From Octopus vulgaris (Eukaryota): a stretch of 64,000 nt of DNA. The notes under the pieces are model-generated. The model made no database searches and was not told the origin of the DNA. It saw nothing but the letters and a program-made list of their open reading frames with translations. Positions 41,026-54,299 of this stretch are shown here, piece after piece; within the stretch, counting starts at the first letter, position 1; every line of letters begins with the position of its first letter. The stretch is taken from contig OX597814.1 in NCBI GenBank assembly GCA_951406725.2, positions 179,056,001 through 179,120,000 of the forward strand, read 5' to 3'. The position numbers and the translations under genes are program-made.

Positions 41026-41486
41026 GGAGACGCAGGTGTGACTGTGGGGTAAAGAAGCTTGCTTTCCAGCCACATGGTTCCAGATTAAGTCCCCTGCGTG
41101 ACATCTAAGGCAAGTATTTCTACTATGGCCTCCGGCCGACCAAGCGTTTGTGGGTGGATTTGTTAAACGGAATTTGCGGTGAATATTTTGTCGTTTCAAT
41201 TACGCAAAAATGAAAATGACGCTGACATCTCGTTTTAACAGATATATTTACCAAATTTACATAAAATATATATATATATATATATATATATACATGTGTG
41301 TGTGCAAGTATCTTTGTGTCTGTGTTTGGCCACTATCATCGATAAACAAACGGGTGTGGTATGCTTACGGGTAAATACCGGGCTTCAAAATATAAATACT
41401 GGAGTCGATTCATTCGATTTAAAATATTTCCAGCCGTGCCCCTGTGTAGTCGCAGGGAAATGACTGAAACAAGTAAAAAGTAAAAA
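41026..41486 (+). mobile_element. Decayed family-B SINE
   Basis: Colinear with 14931-15356 (CCACATGGTTCC, GGCCGACCAA, TGACTGAAACAAGTAAAAAG). Confidence 0.8.
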
Positions 41487-42915
41487 CATGTAAATATTTA
41501 CAGTAATGTTTTGTAAAATTCATCATTTACTAGGTGTCTGTTTTGCGAGAAATGTAAGGTTTTATGTTTTCGATGCCATATGACTGAAAACTAGCGAAGA
41601 TATATGCACGCTTACTGGGATGTAAATTATTCGTCATTTCATCTTCTCGCAACTTACTACAAGATTAAAACGTCATGTGTAATCTATCAAAGCTCAGTAG
41701 TAATGTAGTATCGTTCAAGTTTTCCTGATTCAACGTTTATTTTTAAGGAAATTTTTTTAAGTTCTAAATGTTGGAGGAAGTATTATCGTCGAGATATTAA
41801 TCCATAATATGAGAAATTAAAAATAATATTTCACTTTTTTATGCCTATAAAGACTTAAATATGTGAAATACCTTCAGAAGTACGGCATTCGTTTTTGAGA
41901 AGAAGCGAGCTTTAATAAAAAAAAAAAAGGAAAAACATACCTTTGACATCATGTAGTAATGGTATTGCCACAAAAAAGGCAAAATATGCACTATCGTCTA
42001 ATAAGTAAACTGCTGCATGCAGAAAAATTAGAATGTAATATGGCTGTCATATTGTCTTCTTCACATCAGCTAGAATTTAGTAATTTGCACATTATTCCGA
42101 GCTTACAGCTGCCGAGTGTGAGAATTATTAAAAAGTAAATTACATAAATCTCTAAAATAATTCATATTATTACAGGTAATTATTTTCTAAGCTTAATATT
42201 TTCATGTTTTTATTTCAAATCAATTGTTTAAGTAATGTTCCTAAGGTCATTATATTCAGATGATTTGTTCTTTAATTAACCAGAGTTCATCTCTTTTTAA
42301 ACAAAAATTGATTTTTCACGTGCTGCAGATTACATCTGGAAAATAAACTTTTCCAATATAGGGAAGGTACACATATACACACAGCTATGTGTAAATATGT
42401 GTGTGTGTGTGCGTGTGAGTGTGTGCGTGTGTGTGTGTGTGAATCTTTTTAAGGTTATCTCAAGCGATTTTCTCTACAAATTAGAACCAGTACTGATTCG
42501 TTTCGATGTGGCGCATACGAATACGTCTATTGTAAAGAATGCGATTGACGACAGAAAAGAATGTAATGGCTTATATCCATATTTTAGTTCTTGCTACAGA
42601 AAATATGTAGAGATAAAATTAAGATGTAAATTAAAAGCATTCCTAACACAAGCATGGTACAATATTGACTCATAAGAGTTTAATTAACTGAGCAGTATAT
42701 CATGGTTGCATAACAAAATACAGTGTCCTTAATAGCAATTAATATATCTACGTACGTACATAAGTACGCATGTATGTATGTATGTATGTATGTATGTCAT
42801 TATTCGGTTTTATTTTAAGATTTCTTGCCAATGAAGAAAGAGCCGTTTCTAACCTAGATCTCAGGCTCTTTCATTGTATTTTTCAACAATATCAACAGTG
42901 TATTATTGTATGTAT

Positions 42916-43375
42916 GTTGTTGTTGACATCCTTTTCAGTTCCGCATAAACTAATCCAGTCTGTGTTTTTTTTTACATTTCATGTCCTCTCCAGTTTTGCG
43001 CAGGCCTGGGCTACATGTAACAAAATCGTGGGTAGCCCAATCGTCAGGATTCCTCTCCAGACATTGCTGACGTAGTCCAAAGGAGTGCAGAGCATTACGT
43101 TTGGCACCAGCTTGGTTGCAGAAGCTGCCGGAAAAGTGTCGAGTCGAACACTAAACCGCCTACGGGGCTCCACTCCGGATTTCTTTGAAGGTTGCCTCCT
43201 TTCTGTAACCCTGGTTAGGGGCCCTTACCGAATACTGTCAGCCGGAGCCAGCTGATCCGGGGACTCATGTCAGGCTGGGTCGTCACTCCCTGAAGTAGTG
43301 AAGAAAATTTCTACCCACTACCTAAAGAAATATGGAACGCTTCACGAATTTGTGTATCATCCTAGCGAAGGAGCC

Positions 43376-43408
<33 letters not shown>

Positions 43409-43432
43409 AATATGTACCGCCGTAGCAAGTAT
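42916..43432 (-). mobile_element. U6-headed retroposed element (U6 + RTE-like body + (CAA)n tail)
   Basis: U6 at 43328-43432, a ~410-bp body ending GGATGTCAACAACAAC, and a TSD GTATGTAT at 42908-42915 and 43433-43440. Absent from the homologous LINE UTR near 60700. Confidence 0.8.
43328..43432 (-). pseudogene. U6: Full-length U6 snRNA copy (retropseudogene / SINE head)
   Basis: Minus strand ATACTTGCTACGGCGGTACATATTCTAAAATTGGAACGATACAGAGAAGATTAGCATGGCTCCTTCGCTAGGATGATACACAAATTCGTGAAGCGTTCCATATTT. ACAGAGA box and AGC triad intact, with several substitutions in the ISL. Confidence 0.95.
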
Positions 43433-43984
43433 GTATGTATGTATATATGGATGTAAGCATATGTGCAGATTTGTATGTTTTGTTTTATGTATGTATTCTC
43501 ATGCATATACTTGTATATCTAGACATGTTCATGGATACTTAAATAATAAACTTCTGGAAAGTTTTAAAGAGTTTTACAATTCCAATGATGGCTCGGATTT
43601 GTAGTCTTCGAATCAACTTTCTTCTTTCCGATTTTGAGAAGCCTAATTTCTCAAGATTGGTATTTAGGCAGTGTGTTACATATCCCAGTGCCCCAATAAT
43701 ACAGGTATAAACTTGGACATGTAAGCTGGATAGACTAACTGTAGATTCCTCGATAGTTCAGTGTAAGTATATTCTTTTTTTGCTGACATTTAGCTTTAAG
43801 CTAACATCCGCTGGGCACCTGATTTCCACAACTGTGCACACATTTATTTTTGCATGTATGTATGTATGTATGTATGTATGTATGTTCACGGTTACCAATG
43901 CACAAAATACAGTTCAAGTAGTGATAAGTTGACTTTCGTTCCATAAAATCTACAGATGTTGTACGATTTTTACCTGACAGATAC

Positions 43985-44040
43985 AGCAGTGGCGGCAGTA
44001 GCAGCAGAGGTAGCAACGACAGCAGTAGCAGCAGCAGCGT

Positions 44041-44105
<65 letters not shown>

Positions 44106-44106
44106 T

Positions 44107-44141
<35 letters not shown>

Positions 44142-44155
44142 ATTTTTTTATGCTG

Positions 44156-44187
<32 letters not shown>

Positions 44188-44200
44188 GGTGGTGCTGCTG
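43985..44200. repeat. Compound (GCA)/(GTA)/(GTT)/(GGT) trinucleotide array
   Basis: Direct reading. Confidence 0.95.
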
Positions 44201-45149
44201 ATGTTACTGTTGCTGTCGCTGGTGTCGGTTCTTGTTGCAGTGGCTGAGAGTGGTGACTGTCCTGCTGATATTGGTGTATGGAGCGTTAGTAGCGATGCAT
44301 AAGATTATATCAGACGTACATGACTTCATTTATTTGACCTGATATGTTTCACAAAACGGTTTGTTGTCCACGCCAAGAAGAGATTAAACAAATGCTATCT
44401 CACCATCATTATGAATATCCAAAACAAAATAAACAGTGTAATATCTATGATAACAGTAAAAGAAAAAATGTCAACGTTAGCTATCGGTGTTAATAATGAT
44501 GTATCTAAATGTAATTAAATGTTGAACCACATAGATCTAAATGATGGATTTAATCATGTCAATATTGTAATCTAGATTGTATAATGAATACATTAATTCA
44601 TATTAATTTCGTGAATGTATATATGTTGCTATTTCCTTTAATGTGTATAAGTGGCTCGGTAGTAACTCTTCTCCGTTAATTTGTAAGCTTACTTGTTAGT
44701 TTTATCATGAACGTGATTAAATACCATTATCTCTACATTATGTATCTCGCCTGTTTTTTTCTTCTTCCTTTTGTCTTTTCTATGGAACGTATGACATTTA
44801 TCTGAATCATTTACAAGCCGAAGTAAATAGTAATCTATGATGGCGGTCTCAAATTAATACAAGTCATCCTTCCGCTCGATTAGTTTCGATTAATCACATT
44901 ATCTTTGACGACCTATTCGAGTTAATTTTGGTGGATGAAAAGAAAAGACTGAGTACTAGAGTAAGAAATAGTCAATTGGTAATTAATAATAGCAAATCTG
45001 AATGCCGTGTAGTGATACAATAAAACTGCATAAAGGATCAGTTCTAAAGATTCATAGAAAATGTATCTTATCTGCTTCAAAGAAGTGAGTTAACCTGCGA
45101 TCTGCTATTTTACAAAATCACTAAGATTTTTTTCAGTCATATAGATTAC

Positions 45150-47830
45150 TCAGTGGAACATGTATAACAATCTTTTTCTGTTTCATTGGTCTGCATTCGT
45201 GAATTTTTTTTTTTTTTTACTTTTATTCATGGAGGTGATGTTATATATTCTGGGTTGCTGATTTTAAATATCTAACCATTTTGCTCTGTCACATAAGGAT
45301 GTTCAATAAAATACAAATTAATAATAATAAAAAAAATGTAGATTCTCAATAAAATGTTACTTTATTTAAATGAAGAAGTAATCAAGAAAAAGCATATTCT
45401 GTTAGTTTTAAGAATATATGTTTTCCAAATCAACATGAAAGAAACTAGGATCATCATAAGATGAATCAGAATTATCAATATCAAATCAAATGAATGTAAA
45501 AAATATGCTCCTAATGGTTAGCTTACACATTGATTGAAAGGAAGGAGGACCGCTTTGATTTCCGCTTGTGCTGTGCATCGGGACTATCACATTTCAATGC
45601 CCAGCAGTAATCCGCCATAATGCTAACATTACATTTGCCCTGGTATCGTGTTTCTATGGCATGGTGCAAATGTCTTGATGGAATCGCTCTCCTTGTTCTT
45701 CACTGTGTTCCGCGCATTTCTTGGGAAAACAGTCAAGATGCGAGTGCAAAAAAAATGCATCTTCACACTCATTCTAGACCCCTGTTATTGGAAACTTGAT
45801 ATCAGGTTTTGGATAATTTTTTTCATATTCTGGGGAGCGGCTGTTTCCAAGACGTTTTGGACAATCTTCTTGAAGGAAAACCAGGCATTCACTTCGACAT
45901 CTGCTAATGCTTCCTCAAAATGCTTGTCCCTCATCAATTCCCGAATCAAAGGAACAACAAAAATCATTTTAGCTTGCCTTCACTTATACGAGGAAACTTT
46001 CACTCCAAGTGCTTGAAAGAAACTCCATTATTGTTCAGGGCCTTTACAAAGTTTTCATAAGCCCTAATCTGATGTGCATTGGTAGCAACATAATTGTTTG
46101 CGGGTCAAGTAGTGGCACAGCTTTCATGTTGTCATTTTCGGGTAAGAAGCTGGTTCTTGGTGGCCAGTCGTTTTGTTCATAGTGCTGGCTGTCTGCACTA
46201 CTATCCCAAAGACACAGAACACAGCGATACTTAGAGTATCCCATTTTAAGACCTACTAGGAGAGCAATCAATTTTAAATCACCACAAATGAGAATATTGT
46301 GATTATGGTACTTGATTGCAGTTATAACTGTCTTCATATTTTCGTAAACATCTGGCATTTGGACACTATGGCAATTGGTACAGATGCAGGTGTGTTGCCA
46401 ATGTAGAGAAGGACAGCCTGTAAACTTCTGTTAGAAGACTCAACGAAGAGCCTCCATTCATATGCTTTGTAAAACATCCCCATGTGTTCAATAAGGTCAC
46501 GAAAATTTGAACAGAAAACTAAAGAATGCTCTTTCTCAAATAACTGAGTGAAATCCGCTTCACGATAACTGTGTCGTTCCAGGAGCTAGAGGCTTGTGTT
46601 CCTGCAGTCTAGAGTCAAGTAAATGCACTTTATTTTCGAAGGTTAAGGCTGATAACCAAGTCACTGAGTTCAACTTGGTTGAAGAATTTGGGATCATCAT
46701 TTGTTGGAGGCTCAAAATCTACTTCCATCTCATCAGTATCACTAGTATCAGACTCTGATGAAATTTTTAGTGTCTCAGGTGACACAGTAACAGGAATATC
46801 ATCTGAATGAAGAACAGGCCTTATTGCTGAAGGAATATTTGGATATATTATGCGATCTGTAATCTTCTTGTTGAATCCAGTTACTTTAGTCATACACATA
46901 CAAAAGTAGCATTTATAGTGGTTCATTTGCACCCACCATACCATTGGTACTCCAAAGTTAAAACATTTATGTTCTCCTAGTCATCACATTTGAAGCTTAC
47001 TAATGTAACTCTTGCAAGCTTTGTGAGGTCCAAATGGCTTGTCTTGGTCTCCCAGTTTGCAGCCGAAATAAGCTGAATAGCAGCACTTCAACAAAGAGTA
47101 ATATTGCTCCGGGAATCTGAAGGGGTGAAGTGCCGCAGACATAGCAGCATATATCTGGTGAATTGATGCAGCCTCTAGACATATTCACAGACTGAAAATA
47201 AAGAAAATATTTTAGATTCAACATCTAAGTGAATATAAGCTAAGCATCTTAATTTATCATTTATTTATATTATGCAAAAAGAAAAAAGTAACGTCTCCGT
47301 ATAACTTGACAACCTAATGTGATAGAGATGAATACAAAACACAATGACTCATTATTTTACATATATATTCAGAAAAAGATACCATACAGCCAATAAAAAA
47401 AACTTGCAGACCTGTGTTCCTGATCTTCAAAAACTGTTGTTTTGGATACTCGCAACAATAGATAGTCTGCAAAAACCCTAAGCACGGGTGATCGACTAAT
47501 ATAGAATGGTGGACTAACAATGAGGAATTTTCCCTTTGACTATGAGTCAAGTCACATTACTAAACTAATCAACTGTAAATAATACCAGCGAAATTAGTAG
47601 GCACTTACACCCGCTTCAAAATTTCCGCACGTGTGTGACAGCTAGGTGCATTTTCATGTCAATCAAACTGAATGCTTTCATTATTGTTTAACAATTTATT
47701 AGGTTCTGCGCACAACCTTCAATTTGCCGTATGTGTGCCGCGATCAGAGTTTATAAAATAGATGTGTTTGCTATTAATGGCAAGAGAAAAGATCTGATTA
47801 ACTGTTTACTATTTTTGTCCAAAACAGTTC
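45150..47830 (-). mobile_element. Decayed Chapaev3 (CMC) DNA transposon
   Basis: Frameshifted transposase about 47182 to 45530: MSRGCINSPDICCYVCG, CYFC, YPNIPSAIRPVLHS, ICGDLK..GYSKYRCVLCLWDS, LLPMHIRLGLMK, SEEQGERFHQDI, RYQGK..MADYCW. Termini approximate. Confidence 0.85.
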
Positions 47831-47925
47831 AACACAACTTACCACAGATTGCATTTCTCTTCAGCCATAGTGAACTCTAGACAACAACAGACATAATTTA
47901 ACGAATAATGCATCGGCAAATGTGC

Positions 47926-47927
<2 letters not shown>

Positions 47928-47993
<66 letters not shown>

Positions 47994-48005
47994 TGTATAT
48001 ATATA
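47928..48005. repeat. (TA)n microsatellite
   Basis: Direct reading. Confidence 0.97.
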
Positions 48006-48479
48006 TGTGTATGTGCATAGTTATAGTTTCGTTTGGTGACGGAATCAGATTTAATCAATTGTTGTTGTGAAGAAGAGAAGTGGATTCCATCAAACGCTTT
48101 TATCGAAAGTGCATTCCAGATAAACGGAGTCTCAATTTAATAATAATAGGTTACTATCAGCGTAATGAGTGTGCAGCTTTTAAAGGAAACTATTCTGTGG
48201 TTTGCTTTTGCAATTCAGTCACGACTCAAAATGTTTGATCATTAACTTCACACTCATTTCAGCTTTGCCAGTATTAAAACGTTGAAAAGTATAAATTCGC
48301 AAATTCTGATAAGTTAACAAAACAGTACATAACAAAAGATACCATATACATTTTCACAGACTAGAAAGCGTAAAGCTAATTAAAATTAATGTATATTTTC
48401 ACAGACAGCAATGTAATATCAAAATATTGGAGTAGATGCTTTCTTAATAAATGGGTATACTCATTTAATAATAGTGGGC

Positions 48480-48538
<59 letters not shown>

Positions 48539-48721
48539 AAGAGAGAAAGATAGAGTGAGAGACAGATAGATAGATAGATAGATAGAAAGATACATACATA
48601 CACGTATATATATATATATATATACATACACCTATATGTGTATATATATGTACCCGTAGATAGATAGAGACATATTTACATGTATACATACATATATACA
48701 TATATATATATATACATATAA

Positions 48722-48770
<49 letters not shown>

Positions 48771-48771
<1 letters not shown>

Positions 48772-49573
48772 TAGCAGCATAGCCCGGCGTTGCCCGGGTA
48801 TGTAAGAGTCCCTAGTAGGCAACGACTAATCCCAATCTAGTCCTTTCCCTCTAGGGAACGAAGGCGCATGTGTAGGTTGCAATGTCTTCTCTTCACTCCC
48901 AAATAACTATCAAACAGCTATCGATAATTCAACCCAACCAATTCCTACCAGGAAGAAATTACATTCGAGACTTTACCCCCAACACCGCCACTTCTGCTAA
49001 TAGCTGCTGCAGCCGCAAGTTATTCGAATACTTTTTTTGTTTACACTTTCTTTATAACTACCACCCCAAACGTTTTACCTTAAATTTTTGATGTACCCTA
49101 AGGCTCCTCAGACGCTACTTGCAAATTCTTGGTTTATTATAAACCGTTTTTGTCGTGTGCATCAAAAAACCTTTTCCATTCGTTTGTTCAGTTTGGTCAC
49201 TTTTGACTTTTTCGTTGTTGTCACTCACATTGCTGCCCGCTTTTTTGCCGTTTTTGTACAGTTTTATACATTTTGGGTAACTTACCCCACGTGTTCCGAG
49301 AGTTAAAAATGTCGAGTTGCGTCCCCTAGACAGTCTGTAGAAAATGTGTTGCATATAAAAAGCTTAGATTCTCGACCCATGTCGAATTTATCGATTATTT
49401 TTCAGAACTGTGGGAACTTTTCAACATTTTCGCTGCGTTAGTTTTGAATTATGACATTGGGCTACGTGTGTGTGACGTTTCATCAGAATCGGTAGAAAGC
49501 CGTGGTCAGGGTGAGGGTACAATCTGACAGATACACACACACACAGACAGACAAACTGCCGTTTATATATAGA
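48771..49573 (-). mobile_element. Non-autonomous Helitron
   Basis: Minus strand begins TCTATATATAAA.., ends with hairpin CCCGG(GCAACG)CCGGG and CTAG. Inserted between A and T inside a (TA)n array. Confidence 0.88.
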
Positions 49574-50499
49574 TATATATATATACATATATATATACAT
49601 ACATACATGCTTGCATACATACATAATTCTTACATACATACATACATGCATGTATACATACATACATACATGCATGTATACATACATACATACACACATA
49701 CAATTCTCACTCTCTATATGTATACATACATATATACATGTATGTGTGTGTGTACATGCATATGCTTATGGTTGTGTTCGATGAACGTTTGCAGTGTGTT
49801 TGCCTGTTTATAAATCTGAGCGTCTAGTTTTGCGCACGTGTTTTTTTTCCTATCCACATTACTCTTTATATATATTTGCATGAATGTATTTGAGTTTCAT
49901 ACAGACGTCTTTATTTCCACATAAGGGTGCACATGTGTGTAGCCTTATTAATGCTTATTATATACTTGCATATACTCAAACATATACATTCAACTATCCG
50001 CGCGTGCAGACGCATAAACACACGCGGTTTATGTGATATTGCACTTTATGGAGACCATGTTATAAAAATCAAATGCAAATTCCAGTGTAAAGTTTTAGCG
50101 GTTATATGATTGACATTCAAATATTGAGGCCAATTGGGTTTTTTTCTTTATAGTTGTTACAAATGTCAATTCGTTTGTATAAATAACAGGTTTGCGCATA
50201 GGTCATAACGCTGGAAAAACGATGACGTAAACGATTTTGATGTAAGAAAATATTAAAACAAAATACGATAGTAACGACCAAGTATATGATCATGATGCTG
50301 TGGTTCTGTAACCATTGCTGTTGCTTGTTGTACTGCTGGTAATGATTGTGTTCATTGTGCTACTGATACAGTTGCTGCTAATGAATGTGATCGCACTGAG
50401 GATTTAATAATTTTGATGTTGACACGAAGATGATAATGAGGATCATTAACATTGAGATGATGTAGACGATGATTTCAGCATCTGCTGCCGCTGCTGCAC

Positions 50500-50530
50500 T
50501 TGTAGTAGTAGCAGTAGTAGCAGTAGTAGC

Positions 50531-50590
<60 letters not shown>

Positions 50591-50748
50591 GGTGGTGGTG
50601 GTGGTGGTGGTGGTGGTAGTTGTTGTTGTTGTGGTAGTGGTGGTGGTTTCTGGTGGTAATTGTAATAGTAGTAGTAGTGGTGGTGGTGGTGATGGTAGTA
50701 ATAGTAGTTGTAGTTGTAGTAGTAGTTGTTGTAATAGTAGTAGTTGTT

Positions 50749-50797
<49 letters not shown>
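50500..50797. repeat. Compound (GTA)/(GGT)/(GTT) trinucleotide array
   Basis: Direct reading. Confidence 0.95.
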
Positions 50798-50799
<2 letters not shown>

Positions 50800-51164
50800 A
50801 ATTTTCTTTTTGTCGTGGTTTAGCTACTTCAGCAGAATCTGCAGCTGTGAATACGGTATGTTTCAAAAATGGCAGCGAATGTGGTAATGGTAATGATGGC
50901 AATACGAGAGACCACTCTACTGATTTCTAACATAGCCAGAAAATTGCAATTAATGAGTATTACATTGGCATTTGTGTGGGTCGGCATTACCCAAGTAACA
51001 GGGGGATACTAGAGTAAATATGGTGTGATTATTAATTATTTCAATTTACAATCTTAGTACAAATTCCGTCACAAGTGAATTTGACTCTATTTCTTCCGTT
51101 ACGAATAGAACGAAACCTATCCAACCCTGGATTATGTAATTGGGTATGCTTTGTGATTAATTTC

Positions 51165-51425
51165 TGGAGGCAAGTGGCTTAGTGATTAGGGTGTCAACAT
51201 CATGATTGTAAGATTGTGGTTTCGATTCCTGGACCAGTGGACGCGTTGTGTTATTGAGCAAAACACTTCATTTCACGTTGCTGTAGTCCACTCAGCTGGC
51301 AAAAATGAGTGACGCTGCGATGGATTGGCATCCCGTCCAGCTGGGGAATACATACGCCATAGAAACCGGGAAACTGCGCCCATGAACATGTCTAGGCTTT
51401 AAACGCGCGCATTTATTATTTATTA
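51165..51425 (+). mobile_element. tRNA-derived SINE (CORE-like body, tail Y)
   Basis: A-box TGGCTTAGTGA, B-box GTTTCGATTCC, (TTTA)n tail, and a TSD TTGTGA(T/C)TAATTT at 51151-51163 and 51426-51438. Confidence 0.85.
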
Positions 51426-52794
51426 TTGTGACTAATTTAATACTAATTATAACATTGTTGATGTTGATGCCGTTGCGGTTGTGTAACCTCAGTTTAGCCT
51501 TCATCGAACAAGGCATTGCTACACCTGTAGCTTGTCGAACTACGAGTTAACCCACAGACAATCATCTTCTTAGTTTTGTTATATCACCTCATAGCTGAGT
51601 AGTATCATGCCCACCTATATGCAGTTATTAATCCCTTTGAATGCATATTAAAAGATGGTCAGTGATGGACGCGCTTATATATGGTTGTAGACCCTGGATG
51701 AATTGTTCCCTTTTCACTGTTATTGTTGGGGTATATAAGCCAGTGTAATAATTATAGGCAGTAAAGCGGTCGATGTTACAAATATTTTTATTGTTATGTT
51801 TCTTTTGCTTGACAAAGATGAACGCTTCTGGGAGTAGGATGAACATTAGGATAGATGGAGGTGACTTTTACATGCACTGATAAGTACAGTGCGAATTGAA
51901 TACGGATCCTACAGCAAAGTGTATCCTGAATATGACCAAGGGATTCTTTAGTTTTAGCATTCTTGGTTCGTTGTGTATACATGAGTTATATATAATGTGA
52001 TAAAATGCGTAGCGCGCTATTGTGGATTATAATTATAGATTATGAAAAGGGTTGAAATAGCACAATCAGGGAGAACTAGCAAAGTCCATGGTAGATTTAA
52101 TGTATTTCTTGCACACTGTTGAATTGATTAGCATATATAGTGTCTCTAATTTGCCAAAGTAAATTTCTTCATTGTTTTACAGATATAACCATCCTTGCGT
52201 ATTGTGACTATTGTGTTTAGGTAAAATAGATTTACTAATCGTTTTGTATTCTCTACTTTATATGGTTTTTAGTAGATGACATTACAAGGTCTGATAAGGG
52301 CATTCATATGGCAAAAGCTGTATGAGATATTCTTTGATGTCGACACTACGTTATGGTTTGAAATGGCTATTGTTATCGATGCTGCTAATTACATAATATA
52401 CGATATTTTATTGTTCATTTTGTGGTTTATGTAGTTTGCAGCTGTTGATAGTTATTGCACTGAAAGGACAACAGCGAGTATATTCAGATAATGAAGAAGA
52501 TAGGAGAAAGAGGGGAAAAGGGAGGAGGTGGAATTAAGGTTGATGGACACTAACAAGCAATAGTGCAGAAGCTTGTTCTTAACTGCAGAAATAGAAGTGC
52601 GGTTACTATGTTCGCTTCTTCGGTATATGTTACCGTGTTTGATCACATAGCATGGCTGTTTTCGAAATTAACTTCTGAAAATTATAATCCTGCATTAAAT
52701 CTTAAGTAAATGAACATCATAATCACCAATTAAAAATATTTATATTACCTACATTTATTCTTTTAAAAGCTTCGTAAATGTTTACATTTAGTTT

Positions 52795-53320
52795 AGTAAT
52801 ATTTCTCCGGGAATCTAAAGGGGTGAACAGTACCATAATCTCTCAGCCCACCCCCTTCAGCTTCTCTGACGTCTTCTTTGTACGATGTGCTGGCGCGTTT
52901 TCATAGTGGTAAAATATATTCTACAAATTTGCGCGATTTTTGGCCTGCGCGATCTTTAGATTGTCGATTTGTTCATAGTAGACATCCTTGTCAACGTTGG
53001 TATTGCGTGGGAGAAGATCCAGCATGGTCACACCACGGCAATCCCACAAAACTGAGATCATAACCTTCTTTTGCACAAGCGATCCTTTTGGCGAAGGTTT
53101 TGGCTGTTGGCCTTTGCTACACCAGGATCCTTTGCGCCTTTGAGCAGACTTTGACATGCACTGAACGTGCTTGTTTGTTCGTTTCAGTCAAAGCTTGGTG
53201 ACCTTGCCGAGTCTTTATAGAGCGACAATAGACACGCTGGCTGCTCCTGGTTGGACGGTGACGCTGATTGATTGCGGGATTGAAGGTGGCTTGGTTGTCC
53301 AAGAACATTCTTACCAATGT
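52795..53320 (-). mobile_element. Mariner transposase fragment
   Basis: KKVMISVLWDCRGV..LLP..NVDKDVYYEQIDNL..ENAPAH matches mariner KVMLCVWWD..DNARPH. Confidence 0.85.
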
Positions 53321-53322
53321 AA

Positions 53323-53357
<35 letters not shown>

Positions 53358-53433
53358 GGGCGACGCAGGTCTTATTTTAAATGGCGGTGCCCCAGCATGG
53401 CCACAGCTCGTGAGCTGAAACTAGATGAAATAA

Positions 53434-53477
<44 letters not shown>

Positions 53478-53506
53478 GTATGTATATATGTATGTATATA
53501 TATGCA

Positions 53507-53543
<37 letters not shown>

Positions 53544-53612
53544 GTGTATGTATGTGTGTGTGTCCATTTATATATAGGAGTGTAGAAGAGGCATATTAAC
53601 GGACGGAGACAG

Positions 53613-53649
<37 letters not shown>

Positions 53650-54299
53650 TATAGACAGATTTCTATGCAGTGTGCTTCATGTGTTTTGGAGTTCACGTAC
53701 GAAGAGTATTTGTGTAAGATCACTATAACTGACACCAAAGTCATTATCCATTGTACATTTCAATTTAGTTTGAATTGAAGTTATATTTCACCTTGCTTTT
53801 TGCAACCTGATATCGATTACGAGTTGTACAGTTCACCCATTTTGCATAAAGTATACGTAATAACTTTATATACTCTGTGATATATAGGTATTCACATTAT
53901 ATTAGCTAAAACATTTTCTAGAGGAAATTATATCATAAAACGTTTGTTTCTAGCACCACTGCTTCGACTCATGTTAATTTAGCTAACCAAAGGTGATGGA
54001 GAAAGACCAGAGATAAAATTGGGATTGTTTGCTTTCAGATAAGATTTTGATTGATGGTGTCATCTCTCCAAATGTCTGATAACCTCTGATATGCTTCGTC
54101 ATCAACAATGTTTATTTTACGATACATACATCTTTAGTGAAAAAGGTTGTTTCGCTTAATGTACTTTCAAAGACTTATAATGACACACAAGAGGGAACCA
54201 CAAACAACTCCGGGTTATAAGTTAGAATTAAATGGTATTAGCGGAGTAACCAAAACTCCGATTTATCATACCCCTGATATACGACCCTTCAAAAATAAA

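Larger units (their letters stand above)
42797..43852 (-). mobile_element. 3' end of an R4-type RLE LINE in (CATA)n, interrupted by the U6 chimera
   Basis: Minus strand CTVVEIRCPAD..ELSRNLQLVYP matches 60320-60622(+). The 3' UTR (..TTGGCAAGAAATCTT.AAATAAAAC..) matches 60740-60845. (TATG)n on both flanks. Confidence 0.8.

Noticed and set aside
43328-43432. Functional U6 gene
   Set aside because: The upstream sequence is LINE UTR/(CATA)n with no evident PSE/TATA promoter, the ISL is mutated, the terminator is broken, and the copy is enclosed by a TSD.
50378-50930. Poly-Thr/Leu/Val/Ser ORFs, and similar ones at 10919-11665 and 43956-44201
   Set aside because: Trinucleotide microsatellites with no non-repetitive coding signal.
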